Assembly: GCA_002633005.1 (NCBI GenBank)
Contig: NMRA01001002.1
Coordinates: forward strand, 9,124-73,123
Direction: 5' to 3'
DNA length: 64,000 nt
Origin: Phoronis australis
Taxonomy: Eukaryota > Animalia > Phoronida
Each line of letters opens with the position of its first letter. The first letter of the stretch is position 1. The notes beneath the pieces are model-generated. The model worked only from the letters and a program-made list of their open reading frames with translations, made no database searches and had not been told where the DNA came from. A program made the position numbers and the translations under genes. Shown piece by piece: positions 28,071-39,857 of this stretch.

Positions 28071-28319
28071 CTTATTAATCATTGTGTGTTCGTTGCCCAA
28101 AGCCCGGATATCATGCTAATTGCGGTTTCCTGGCAGAGTTCAATAGTACTACATATTTGTGTAACTCTTAATATATTGTTACCTGTTAAAGCGACAAGAC
28201 TATGTATTTAGTCAAGTACATACGATGTTGTTTAGCTTCAAGTCACATGATCCGTTTTCAAACTTTTAAAATCATGTTGATTAGGTTAGTGACTGGGTGT
28301 TTTGACTTTGTGTTTTCTG

Positions 28320-30900
28320 TGGTATGTTCTCGATTGGGTACACAAAGGGCTTGGGTCAGGGAAGGTTCATGAAATTGCTTGCTTTTATCTTTTGTACCCT
28401 ATTATGCATTGTAAGTATGCGACTAGGCCCACGAAGACTCACTTTGTCAAGAACAAAATCCAACAGAGGGACTAAAAAATACTTCGAAAATCATCCAATC
28501 GCCATCCTTCTTGAATGTTGGCTGTTATCAGATTTCTATCATCCGTATTGTCAAGCTGGCGCAGAAACTAAACGTAACTGGGTTGAAACAGCTAGAGCAG
28601 CAAGCTTTCAAATTTGAGGTGCAATCACACTTTTGCATAAATATGTATCCTATGGAATGTATTGATCAATGTTATATGTGTACTCCTCAGGCTTTCTATT
28701 TGTATGATTGTAATATTTTTAAAGGTTCATCGTATTGTGCAAACCACTGCACTAGCAATTACTACACGACTTAAGCTACAGTGACAACATGTTAAGAGTA
28801 TTGAACCACGTGCAAAACATCACTTAGGCTGAGGCGGCAATTGATGTTCTGTCTCGTCACATGCAGGTATGCTTTGAATACAAGGCAAGAAACACTCTAA
28901 CTTCTTAACGCAGTAGGACCGGTTTCTACATAGCGTTTGTGTTATCAAGTCGCTCTTGTTGTTTTCTTTCATCAGTAATCACACAAGTTTGATAGGTAAC
29001 TAAACTGAAACCTGTAATAAAAACATTTGCTATGTATCACTAATAATATGCCTAACGAAATTCTAAAATTATGCTGTCTTGAAACTTCATCAATAATCGA
29101 CCATTGTTTCTTTGAAAAACATCAACTAGTTTCCAAATGGAATTTTCTTGAAAAAGACATTCATCTTCATGTTAAACTACAACTCAAAAATAATCTGTTG
29201 TGTTATTGTCAGCCTCGCATAAGTATATCTGAGGATTCATCATCTTGATGGGACAATGCTGACTGGGTGGGGTGAGTCTCACCAGCTATGATTGTCATCC
29301 AAGGTGTACTTGTGGCACATGCTGAGAAGTGTCCATTACAGTGAAACGATCTATAAGAAGCAACCTCTCATCTGTATTTTGCTTATGCCTGCGAGTATTT
29401 CTTAGAAAGGCAGTTTTGTAAATCCAGTTAAGCAGCCTCACTTTGCACACATGTGACTCTGTGAAAAAGAACACTGCTGATACGACACTTAGAATAATCA
29501 TATATCTTTCCTTCCAAAGCTTTGGCTCTCACCCTGCAACATCCTACTACACTGTAGATCCACACCTGTGCAGTCTGTGACAGAGCGTTGTTTCATTTCA
29601 TAATGGTGCTTAGATTTGTCAACGCACGCTTGAATCCATAACAGTTAGAAATATGTGCAACTATCTATAATTGAATTGTGACAGACCTAATAATTTTTGT
29701 TGTGCGTCAATTGAACAAGTAATAGGGTTTGAGAATAACAAAAAGCAAATTTGCATTGGCTGAGAGTGTGCTATTTGGCAATACTGACAGGGCTATTGGT
29801 CTAGTATTATTCAGTTTTATTACTGTGTGCAGCCCTTGCTATCCATTTGGCTAAATAAATAAGGTACTAATTGGGGCCCTGCACAAAACATAGACCAAAT
29901 CTCGTCCTCGCGGAGATGATTCAAAATTCGTTACAAACGGGGAAACCACTGAACTAAACAAGATAAGCTTAGGGACTTCCATGAAGCAGGGGAACCTGAT
30001 TCGTCGCTTTATGTGCCTTTCGAAAGTGGTGGCGACTGCGGAGGGAAAGGGGCAGCACGATAATAGCGACGACATAATTTAAGTATCAGCGTCCCAGGGA
30101 TCTCTTTCATGATAAGAGATTTGGTTTTGAAATCCACAAATATTCCAAACTCAATCTAGCATACAAAAAATTATCTGGAAAAAAAGGAAACTCATCAATT
30201 TATTTTCGTTAGATAATTTGAATAAATTATTGCCAAGGCATCATGTATTAATGATTACTGGACTAAACCTTTACTTAGTAATTGTGAAATGGAAATATTA
30301 TTACCACACTGACAGTACGTCTGTGACCTGAATACTCATTAACTGCAATCAATGGATTATCGGCAGGTCCATACTGAGGTCATAATTTAGTAAAACAAAA
30401 CAAAACGCAATAAAACACGCCCGCACTTTGACAGTTTTGTTTAGTGTTTGTCTGAAATGTAAGTATAAGTACCATAACAGCATTGACAATGGATTCCCAG
30501 CAGTACATTCTGTAAGATATTCAGGTGATGAAGTCGAGCCCACTAAATCTTTAGGGCAGGCCCTGGGTGCCAGTAAGAGAGACTGGTCGACTTCTGTGTA
30601 AACATTACCCGTCATTCGCTCCTAAAACCTGCATGCAAATTTTGTCATAATCGGCCAACAATATTTATACAAACTTGCCATTTTGGTGGGCACTCGTAGC
30701 TAGTAAAACACTTGACACATTGCGAGTCCATGTTTTTGTTAGAGTAACTGATGCTAACGCCTTCCCAAGCAGCCAATGCTAGATTATCCAGTTGCTTACG
30801 TCTTAAGCCTCGTTTTGAATTCGATATTCTTGGGAGGAAGAAATGTAGCAATAAAGAGACAATTGAAAGTTGCTTTGACAGATCTTTATTTTGCCTTAGT
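28320..30900 (-). pseudogene. Possible decayed Toll-like-receptor/LRR remnants
   Basis: Minus-strand fragments: HNRVQKIKASNFMNLP (LRR-like); DLQCSRMLQGESQSF (LRR-CT-like) followed by hydrophobic IILSVVSAVFFF; LSIVSLLLHFFL..WEGVSISYSNK (TIR box1-like); CPKDLVG..EYLTEC (box2-like). All are degenerate. Confidence 0.3.
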
Positions 30901-31479
30901 CTTTTTTGCCTGAAATTAAAGTTTAAAACAGAAATTACATAGATTCAATAGTGATATACTCAAACACAGAATGAAAGACACTGTTGTTTCGAGTACAGAC
31001 TGGCACAGAGGTAAACTTAAGAATATTCAAAATGCAAGTCACATTTATTTATGCAGTTTTAGTTCGAAGAATCGACTTCCGGCAACAAAGTCGACGTGTC
31101 ATCGTGTGAAAAAAATCACCAATCACAATTTGAGGAACTGACTATTAAATAACTTTATCGACGTTGCAAAGCTGCCTGTGCCCAGTGGCATGAAACAATC
31201 CCGAAAAGGGATTATTTTCAATCCTTTACGTAGTTGTGTCGTTCTTTAATCACATATGTGATGTTGTCTCACTATCTGATTTTTACAAAGTGGTCTATTT
31301 TAACTTTTAATACATGTAAATCCTAACAATATAATCGAAAACTGCGCCTTAGTTCAATGAAAAAGACAAAGACTTAATCCATAAATAAGGGCGTGGCCAT
31401 GGAAATATCCCTACTTATTTTCATTGATATCGAGCATTTAACGTAGAGTTTATTCTGGATTCATATCAAACATACCATG

Positions 31480-31840
31480 GCTTAGTGATGAAACTAAAGC
31501 AACATGAGCGAGGAAAATAATGTTTTCAGAGGTCAAAAAGTACGCAGTAGGGAACATAAATGAGTCCCTATTTTGGATGTATTCATGCAACTGGCCACTA
31601 GCTTCTTCTACCTGGATTCTGGTTCATTTTACAGCTTTTGTCCATGATCACAGTGTGGCAGGAAAGAAAATTTCTCGCGAACCCGTCAGTCATCAATCCA
31701 TAGTAGAAGAAGAAAATCCTCTCTTCAACGTCGGTAAAACAATTTCGCGGAACATTCCAGCATTTTTCCATTTTGTTATTCACCTGAACGATTACGTTGT
31801 CATCTCCGTCGTCAGAAATGTCCCCGTGTTTGTAGGTTCA
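31480..31840 (-). pseudogene. Possible ISL2EU/Harbinger-type DDE transposase C-terminal fragment
   Basis: HGDISD, MTDGF and, after a frameshift, TRIQVEEASGQL, which resembles RIHVERAIGRL. Confidence 0.3.
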
Positions 31841-34800
31841 AGTTAAGTACTAGTCCACGAGAGCACCAACCATGAGCGGCAAGGTGGGGGTCAGCCGATT
31901 TTCACCAAATTTGGCACATATGTAGTCCTATGGGATCTATAAACAGCGGTAAACTATTTCCTCAAAATATTGTGTTTTTCTAAAGTTATAGGTTCAAACA
32001 TATTTTACGGTTTCGCAGCCATGTTTTCACGGTATAAAAACTGTCGAGTTTTAACTGTTCATATTTTTCCTTGAATGAAAGCTATTGATTTATTATTCAC
32101 TTGGCATTGTTTAGTGGTGCCTATAGATTGTTACGCAGATGTCTTGAAACACGATTCCGATTTACCGCCCNNNNNNNNNNNNNNNNNNNNNNNNNNNNNN
32201 NNNNNNNNNNNNNNNNNNNNNNNNNNNNNNNNNNNNNNNNNNNNNNNNNNNNNNNNNNNNNNNNNNNNNNNNNNNNNNNNNNNNNNNNNNNNNNNNNNNN
32301 NNNNNNNNNNNNNNNNNNNNNNNNNNNNNNNNNNNNNNNNNNNNNNNNNNNNNNNNNNNNNNNNNNNCACAGGATGTTGCATAGCATTGTTAGAGGGCGT
32401 GTTCCGGGAAGGAAAGACTGAGACATATGGAAAAGGACAGTATTGTATCAGGAGAGCAGATGATTATCATTTAGCAGGGCCAGATCAAGGATTTTGAGTT
32501 AGTGTTGCCAATGACAGAGTATTAGCAAGGATTTTATTCTCTCAGACATTCACCCCACCGCACTGCCAAAGGAATCTGTGAAAATTTAATTCCGCCAATT
32601 ATTAAAGCAACTGTGCAATTCGTAAAGCAAACAAGTTGACTTTCACAGTGTTGAGGATTTCACTGACAACTTCCGAAACTGCCTCAGTTGCCGTTAATTC
32701 AAATCAGTTTCATAACAAGAGCCGTTGAATAAAGTCTATGAAAACACGACTGGAATGAGGAATATTTTGTGTATTCAAAATGCGTTTTAAAACTTAATAT
32801 TTTTCTCTAATTACATCGCTTTCAGCGGTTCACTATGCAGACTGGTTACTGTGGTAAAATACAGTCAGGATTGTGATAAATATGTCACGAGTACTCTCTC
32901 GTATGGCAATGCCACTAGGTCTAACGCCGACTTATCCCTTCACGCTTTTACGTAGCCATTCCCTGATGTCACATCAATGATAAGTCACGAATAAACATGT
33001 CTCTGTTGCCTGGGAAGATAACTGCGATGAAAATTTCCAGTTTACGTTTTAGATTTGCGGTGTACGTGGATGGAACCGCTCCATTTGAGGAAAGAAATCT
33101 TATATTTTAACACCACAAAAAAATACCATTGTAATGTTGGGAGTCGATTGATTAAATTCTTGTTACTTGTCAGATCGTGAAGTTAGACATGTGAACATTT
33201 ATTGTTTTTATGGTTGGGAGGTAGACCATTTTGGCTTACGAAACACATCATTAATTTATATTAATTTATGTTAATTGTAATGTGGTTGATAGTTCACCAT
33301 TTTTGACTTTGGAAAGTTTTTTCCTGTAAATTATCTATGCATTTTTCAAAATGGCACCTTCCATGGTCAGTCACTGCAATGTCACGAACGTATTAGAGTT
33401 CCTTTTGATTGCATTTGAGAAGTCAGATTTGAATGAGTAGCAAAAACTACAGCGCCCATATTACATTTGTTTGCTGCACATTCCTGTCCCTCCCTTCCTT
33501 TGTAATTCTTTGCAGCATTTCACACCTGCCGTGTGCCACTGTGTATGTCTCCAGCTTATGCTCTCGTCATTTAATATCCACTTGAGAATGAGACTAGTTT
33601 GTCTCGAAATATCCTGTGCTTTTTACGTCAGTTACTTCATCTATGTTCCGTTGAGAGTAGAGTTTTATTCCGAACATATACATTTAAAAGACAAGGAATG
33701 AAGACTGTTTAATAACGAAACATGTCGTCTGTTCAATCAATACCATGGGTTTTTTCATAATTTGTTACCAAATTTTAATTTCATAGATATATGTTTTATA
33801 CCGTAGGCAATGATAACTAGGAATTATTATATCGTCATACGTGACATGCAAAAGTATTAGGTATAGGGCGAAGCCCGTGCTAAAATTTGTTTGCATACGA
33901 CCACATCTGTCGGTTATGAGTGAGGCGGCGATAAAATCGTTTACGTCTTTGATAAATTTTCTTCGAATTCATTAAAATTCATAATAAATAACGTCTTTTA
34001 TTTATTAACGCATTATTTTCCTTTAAATTTATGGAACAGTGTAACAGTATTTGCGTAAGAATTTTGTTAACCATAGATCTCAGGTAAGTATTAGACTGAG
34101 TATTTTTTGTACGTTTTTCGTAATAATTTTTCATTTCTTGTCAATTTTTATCAAATTATAGAGTAAGTCAGCGTGAATGGATATACCTTTGAACTCTTTT
34201 TTTGTTTTTTTCGTTATCCATCATTTCGTTTTGCATTTGTTTATAACACCAGCACAGATTAGCAGTATAGTTTGAGGTCATCAATACCTCTGGGTTCATT
34301 TTTCTTCAGTAGCTGATGTACCATTAGTCTCAATAAATCCGCCTAGACCTTTAAAAGTTAAAACAGGCTATAACTGCAATTATCAGCCCGTGGACGTGTG
34401 CTGGTTATCTGCCCAAGAGCGGGTATGACAGTACATGTAGTTGTTTTGTATCATGACATTCTGCTTGATAACTCTCTTATCACACGCCAGTATCATATGA
34501 TAAGGGGTTTCATCTTGAATTGTTAACTACGTCACAGACATTTCATACAGTTATCCTTTTCGAGTCTGCATTTTAAAGGATGTCAAATAATAATTAACTG
34601 TGAACACATTTTGAGTAGTTGATGGCTTCGATATTTTAGTGGTTAGCGGTCAGAAATATTCCGATTTGATTTGAGTAAAAGTCCATTTCGATTTCGTTTT
34701 AGCCATCTAAACTGTAGTGCTAAATGCACTTTTAAATTTGAAATGTTCCCAACCCAAAATGTTAATACACGATGCAAGCTCGACCAGGCTCACGTTCTGT

Positions 34801-34943
34801 GGACGCAACAAAGTAGCGAAAACGCAAAACCTAGCAAGATATCGCCAGGCATTACAAGGACTGCACGTGATCACTTTATTTTACATGTAACTTGCAATTT
34901 TTTGCGGAAATCCGACCAGAACACTGACAGTTATTGTTCTCAC

Positions 34944-35025
34944 CTTGGTTCACCTCATGTACCGACTCCGCCTGGAGGCAGCCCACAGCCAGCATCAATA
35001 GAATGAATACGGCGACGCACTTCAT
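34944..35025 (-). CDS. First coding exon of a secreted protein/peptide, paralog 1 (MKCVAVFILLMLAVGCLQA-ESVHEVNQ)
   Basis: ATG, 19-aa signal peptide with an LQA cleavage site, 82-nt phase-1 exon ending at a G|GTGAGA donor. Same architecture at 62304-62385. Confidence 0.7.
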
Positions 35026-36014
35026 GACTTCTATTTTTCTGTATATCAAATTCAGATCATGTTACGGAGAAACAAGTATATATAGTGGAAAACAAGTACA
35101 TGAGATTAAAACAAATTGTGGATAAACATTTGCAAACCTGTCTTGCATCTACAGAAAAATCACCATTCCGTATTATCACGTAGAAACTGAAACATAGCAA
35201 CTTGCAAGTTGCAATATTACAGTAAAGCAAATCAAAGTATTTTTCCTGTAAACCACAAGACGGAGTTTTGTTTGTTTAAGTAAGGAAGTCGACTTATTCA
35301 GCACAATTCTTGACTATTACGAGCTAATGGTATTTGAAGCTGACGATGCAGGGTAATCATTGATGTAGGGTGAAGTTCTAACCAATCGCCATTAAAAAAG
35401 AAACAATTGATTTATGGCAGTCTAAAATAACTTTCTAGAAAGTTGTTTTTTCAGTGCCTGTTGATGTAGGTGAACAAACTTTAATATTATTATACCATTT
35501 GGCTGGTAGCAGCAACTACAAACTCCAATGATTCAACATTGACAGCTTATCTTGGACCTGGAACGAGCTTTTTGTTTTTACGATGTTTGTTTTACACATG
35601 TATGCGGATATTAAATGTACAATCAGAAGTTTTCAGAATTTCAAAAACATTATTTTTTCATTTTGATAAAAACAAACGAATTGTTACATTACAGTTAGGC
35701 AACAAATTATTGAACGGCTTTTTAATGTTTAATGCAATACAAATCCTCATCCAATCACTTTCCAAAGGATTTTTAAAAAGTTGCATTAAAAGAGAATGCG
35801 AGATCTGTGATGTCTATTATTCAATAAGTGTCCATCATGCCTCCTAGCTTGCTGTTACAATAGAAAGTCTTTCATGCTTGGAAGCGCAATTTTCATGGCG
35901 TATACATGTAACTTGAAAACCTTAATGGCCATGTCTTGTATATCGTTTCCATTCAAGTTATTGCGAAAACCTACCTAGAAACCTAAATTATACTCACCAT
36001 TATTCGACCACTTA

Positions 36015-37190
36015 CAGCCGATTTCATGAAGGTGGTTTAACAAAACCAGGTTTGACACTTAAACCTGTTCTTTTTTAATCTGGTCTCATTTTAGACCTAA
36101 GTTACATTTCACCAACGCAGTTTAAAAGTGTGAAAGCCTGGTTTTGTTAATGCAGAGGGCCGGTTTAGTATAACCATGTTTAAAGTATCTAAGCCACCCT
36201 GCTGTGTCGATCTGCATTAACCCAACAATGAAACTAGTGAAGTGCCTCAAAGGAGCCTGAATAATGTGGGTTTACAATGGCACAAACTAGCACATGTAGA
36301 GTCAGTGCAGACATTTTTAAAAAGGTCTAAAAGCTGTTCTCATGAGAGAAAATTTAAAATCTGTGCCCAACACACATACACGCATTAAAATACATGCTCA
36401 TGATTACCCGCAGTATGATAATTGTCCAAATTTGTTTTCCTGCAATTTTAGTGTCTATTTTTCGAGGCCAAAGTGGGGCAATTCCCCTACCCGGCAACAT
36501 TAGATCGGAGAACAATGGAGTTGGAGCTCTGAAGAATCACAAGATGCTCTATTCAGTCAAACCCGTAGCGCTCAAGACGAAAGACATCCTGCTTGACCAG
36601 TCGTATTCTCAGGAATCTGCAGGACACCATCCTTCACGCACTGGTCTAGACATAGGCGGATCCAAGGGGGTCAAGCGTTCCGGCCGCCCTTTTCCCTTGA
36701 TTTTTGTGACATTAAATCTATAACTTTCAAATTGTTGACTTGGTCCAACCTTTAAAAAGTCCTTCACTGACCCCAACCCCCCCTTAATCATCGCGGATCC
36801 GCCCCTGTTACGTTTGATCATGTGTGTCTGTATAACTGATTATTGAAAATAATCCATTTTCACTCTAAAACTGCGTCGTAATTGAACGCCGCGTCATCGT
36901 TCATTACACCTTTATCATGCAAGTATTACATATTTAACAGGTAAACCATGGTCCGACCAAGTTTAAAGTTGAACCTGGTTTAAGATCTTAATGCAGGTCT
37001 AAATAATATAGACCTCGTTGGTGAAATGAAAACTGACTTAGACCAGGTCTAAACTAGAGTTAAACCAGGTTTTACTAGACCAGATGTGTAAAAGTTAAGA
37101 CACCTTTATGTAGTAAACTTTATCTTTAAACCTGGTCTTAATTCCAGCATAAGCTGGGTTTAACTTTAAACGACCTTTTGAAATCGGCCG
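36015..37190. mobile_element. Non-autonomous PIF/Harbinger-like element, same site as the 4310 copy
   Basis: cagccgatttcat...tgaaatcggccg termini. Flanks match those of 4310-8953. Confidence 0.75.
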
Positions 37191-37440
37191 TTTAATGGTC
37201 AGAAACATATGGTAGAATCCCAAGACAATGTTCTGTAAGTATAACTTTTCATGAGCGCATTCGGCCGAGCTCGTTCAGTACAATTCATAATTTCCCCACC
37301 CCGTTGTAAAAATATATGTAAGCTAAGCTCGAGAAAGGATCTCCCTCGAAATAGGACATTCGTCTTTTCTTATAGTTTTATGGAACTGGGCCTGATTTTC
37401 ACGAGCCTTAAGCCATGGAGCCGTATGTAGCGAATATCAG

Positions 37441-38564
37441 CAGTCGATTTCATAAAGGTGGTTTAACAAAGCCAGGCCTAAGACTTAAAATTGGTCTTCC
37501 TAAACCTGTTCTGTTTTAGACCAAACTTGCATTTCACCACCGTGGTTCAAAATTCTGAATGCCTGGTTTGTTAGACCAGAGAACTGGTTCAGTAAAACCA
37601 GGTTTAAAGTGTTTAAGCCTCCTTTCTGTGTCGATCTGGATTAACCCAGAAAAGAAAGTATTGAAGTGCTTCATTGACTGAAACCTTGATCACGTGTGTA
37701 TAAATTGGTGCACACTAGAAGAATCAGTGCGGAAATTTTCGAAAAGGGTCATGAGAAAAATGTAATTTCTGTGCGCAACACAGATTACAATACATGCTCA
37801 CAATTAGCCTCAACATGTTAAATGTCCAAAATGTTTCCGTGCCATTTTAATGTTTATTTTTAGCGCCCAAAGGGGTTGCCGGATCCCTTCCTGGCAACAT
37901 TAAATCAGAGACCAATGGAGGTAGAGCTCAGAAGAATCAGAAGATGTTGTCTCTAGTCAAACCCGTACCGCTTACGACGACGACGTCCTACTCGAACAGT
38001 GGATTTCTGAGGAATTCGAGGACACCACCCAGCACCTACTGGTCTAAGCATAGGCATATCCATAGTGGTCAAGGGTTATGGATCCCATTTTCCTTGATTT
38101 TAGTTATATCAAATCTATAATTTTCAAATTCTTGACTGGCCCCCCGGCCCTTATAAAATTTCCTTGCCCGACACCCCACTTAAAAAACGTGGATCCACCC
38201 CTGATTCGTTTGATTTTGTGTCGTCGTGAAACTGAAAATTGAAAATAGTATATTTTTGCTCTAAAACTACGTCGTAAATTCACGCGCAGCATCATTCAAT
38301 TGCACCTACATCATGCAAATCTGTAATATTTAACAGTTAAGCCTGGGTCAGACCAAAAGTGTTAATACAGGTTTAAAGAATACAAACCTCGTAGATGAAA
38401 TGAAAACTGACTAAGACCAGTTCTAAACTTGGGTTAAACCAGGTTTTACCAGACCACTTGCCTAAGCGTTAAGCTACCTTTATGAAATGGACATTATGTT
38501 TAAATCTGGTCTAAGTCCAGTTTAAACCAGGTTTACCTTGAAACCATCGTTATGAAATCGGTTG
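37441..38564. mobile_element. Second PIF/Harbinger-like copy, independent insertion
   Basis: cagtcgatttcataa...ttatgaaatcggttg followed by TAA. Empty site in the paralog at about 9178 (gaatattaagtttcttacc). Confidence 0.75.
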
Positions 38565-38984
38565 TAAATTTCTTACCTGCACAATCACTCACCACTGTTG
38601 TGTGTACAATGTATGGAAAAATCCTTAGACGATGCTTGTATTTAAAGGATTATCAAACCCTCCTCTACTTTTTGATTGGCTGATACTTGGAACATAACTG
38701 GTAGTCTAGGCAACACGCAGTTTAACCAATCACGCATCGTATCATTCTTACCTTGAACGATTCAACAGTTTCTCTACGTTATGCTTTTCACCGTTTTATA
38801 AAGTTTGCTACAGGTTTGAACTTGCCACCCAAGTGAGAACCCTTGTATTGTTGAACTCAGGCCTTTAACTGTGCAGACCTACAGTAATTTGGTCATGTTT
38901 GCAGAGTGACTTTCTAAAACCACTCTGAGGTGGTGGCGTATTACTGAACAACTATTCTTAAAACCTCTCGGTCTTTTTACACCG

Positions 38985-39046
38985 ACCTCTAGTCTATATA
39001 TACTGTCACGACGTTTCGGTCATGACAGTGTATATAGACTAGAGGT
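38985..39046. repeat. 28-bp imperfect hairpin inside an insertion of about 145 bp
   Basis: acctctagtctatatatactgtcacgac / gtcatgacagtgtatatagactagaggt. Absent from the paralog at about 290. Confidence 0.85.
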
Positions 39047-39857
39047 GGGGTTGGTCGTGTGGGAAATTTGGAGCACCTAAATCAATATGAAATTCTGAGT
39101 TAGTTCAAAGTGTATCACATATACGCAAGTAGTCATGTTTGGGGGAATTACTGACATCAAATTTGAACAATATAGGTTTTGACCATATAAATATTGGGAA
39201 GGGTACAAAGCTTTGATATATTTATAGCCAAGGTTGGGTGAGTTTTCTTAAACTTAATCAACGAGTTGCAAGGACTATTTCGTGGTCCGAATTGTGCATA
39301 CTCCACAATTCCGTGAGTATCTTGAATACAATCAACAGGAGATGCGACTGAGGCGATTGCAAATATGCCAATGACTATATACACTCTATCGAAGTTTGAT
39401 GCGATAGTCCATATTATTTTTTTCAAAATATGATTAACCTGTCAATTTTTAGCACGACCTCTCATTACTATATGGAGTAATTTACACTGTAGCGTCATAC
39501 ATTGACAGACGAACGTTTTATTGAACGAGCTGGCGTTCGGCGGCCGTTCAACTATCTGTGTGTGCATTCCTTACGGAATAGTGTGCACCTGATCATTCGA
39601 AAATAAGGATTTCAAAAATAGTTTAATGCAATGAGGCAGCAATTTGTCATTTCGAGGGCGTGTTGTGTGTTATGGCTATTCACATTCTATCTCATTTATG
39701 TAAAGAGTCGGCTTGCAACATTATTTCCTTGCCAATACCTGCAAGAGGGTTGGCTGGATTCTCATTTCTTATTATTCTGTCATGCAAAATCTCTTGGACA
39801 TTTCTGATTTATTGAAAATTCCCCTAATTTCAAAAACTGTATAGGATTTCTTTTAGT

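Noticed and set aside
28369-28410. Plus-strand MKLLAFIFCTLLCI followed by GTAAGT as a signal-peptide exon
   Set aside because: Plausible, but there is no paralog or convincing downstream exon, and the opposite strand has an LRR-like reading. Not supportable as a feature.
30645-30851. RING-H2 E3 ligase start (SKRGL..QCVKC)
   Set aside because: The remaining CxH..H..C ligands are not found, and the Cys spacing is not conserved in the 55.7 kb paralog.
32075-32497. ORFs of 83-140 aa in the track
   Set aside because: Artefacts of reading through the N gap at 32171-32367.
33460-33560. Macin-like peptide (KCCKELQRKGGTGMC)
   Set aside because: Only three Cys and no WSRC motif; the frame does not connect to exon 1 through an evident splice site.
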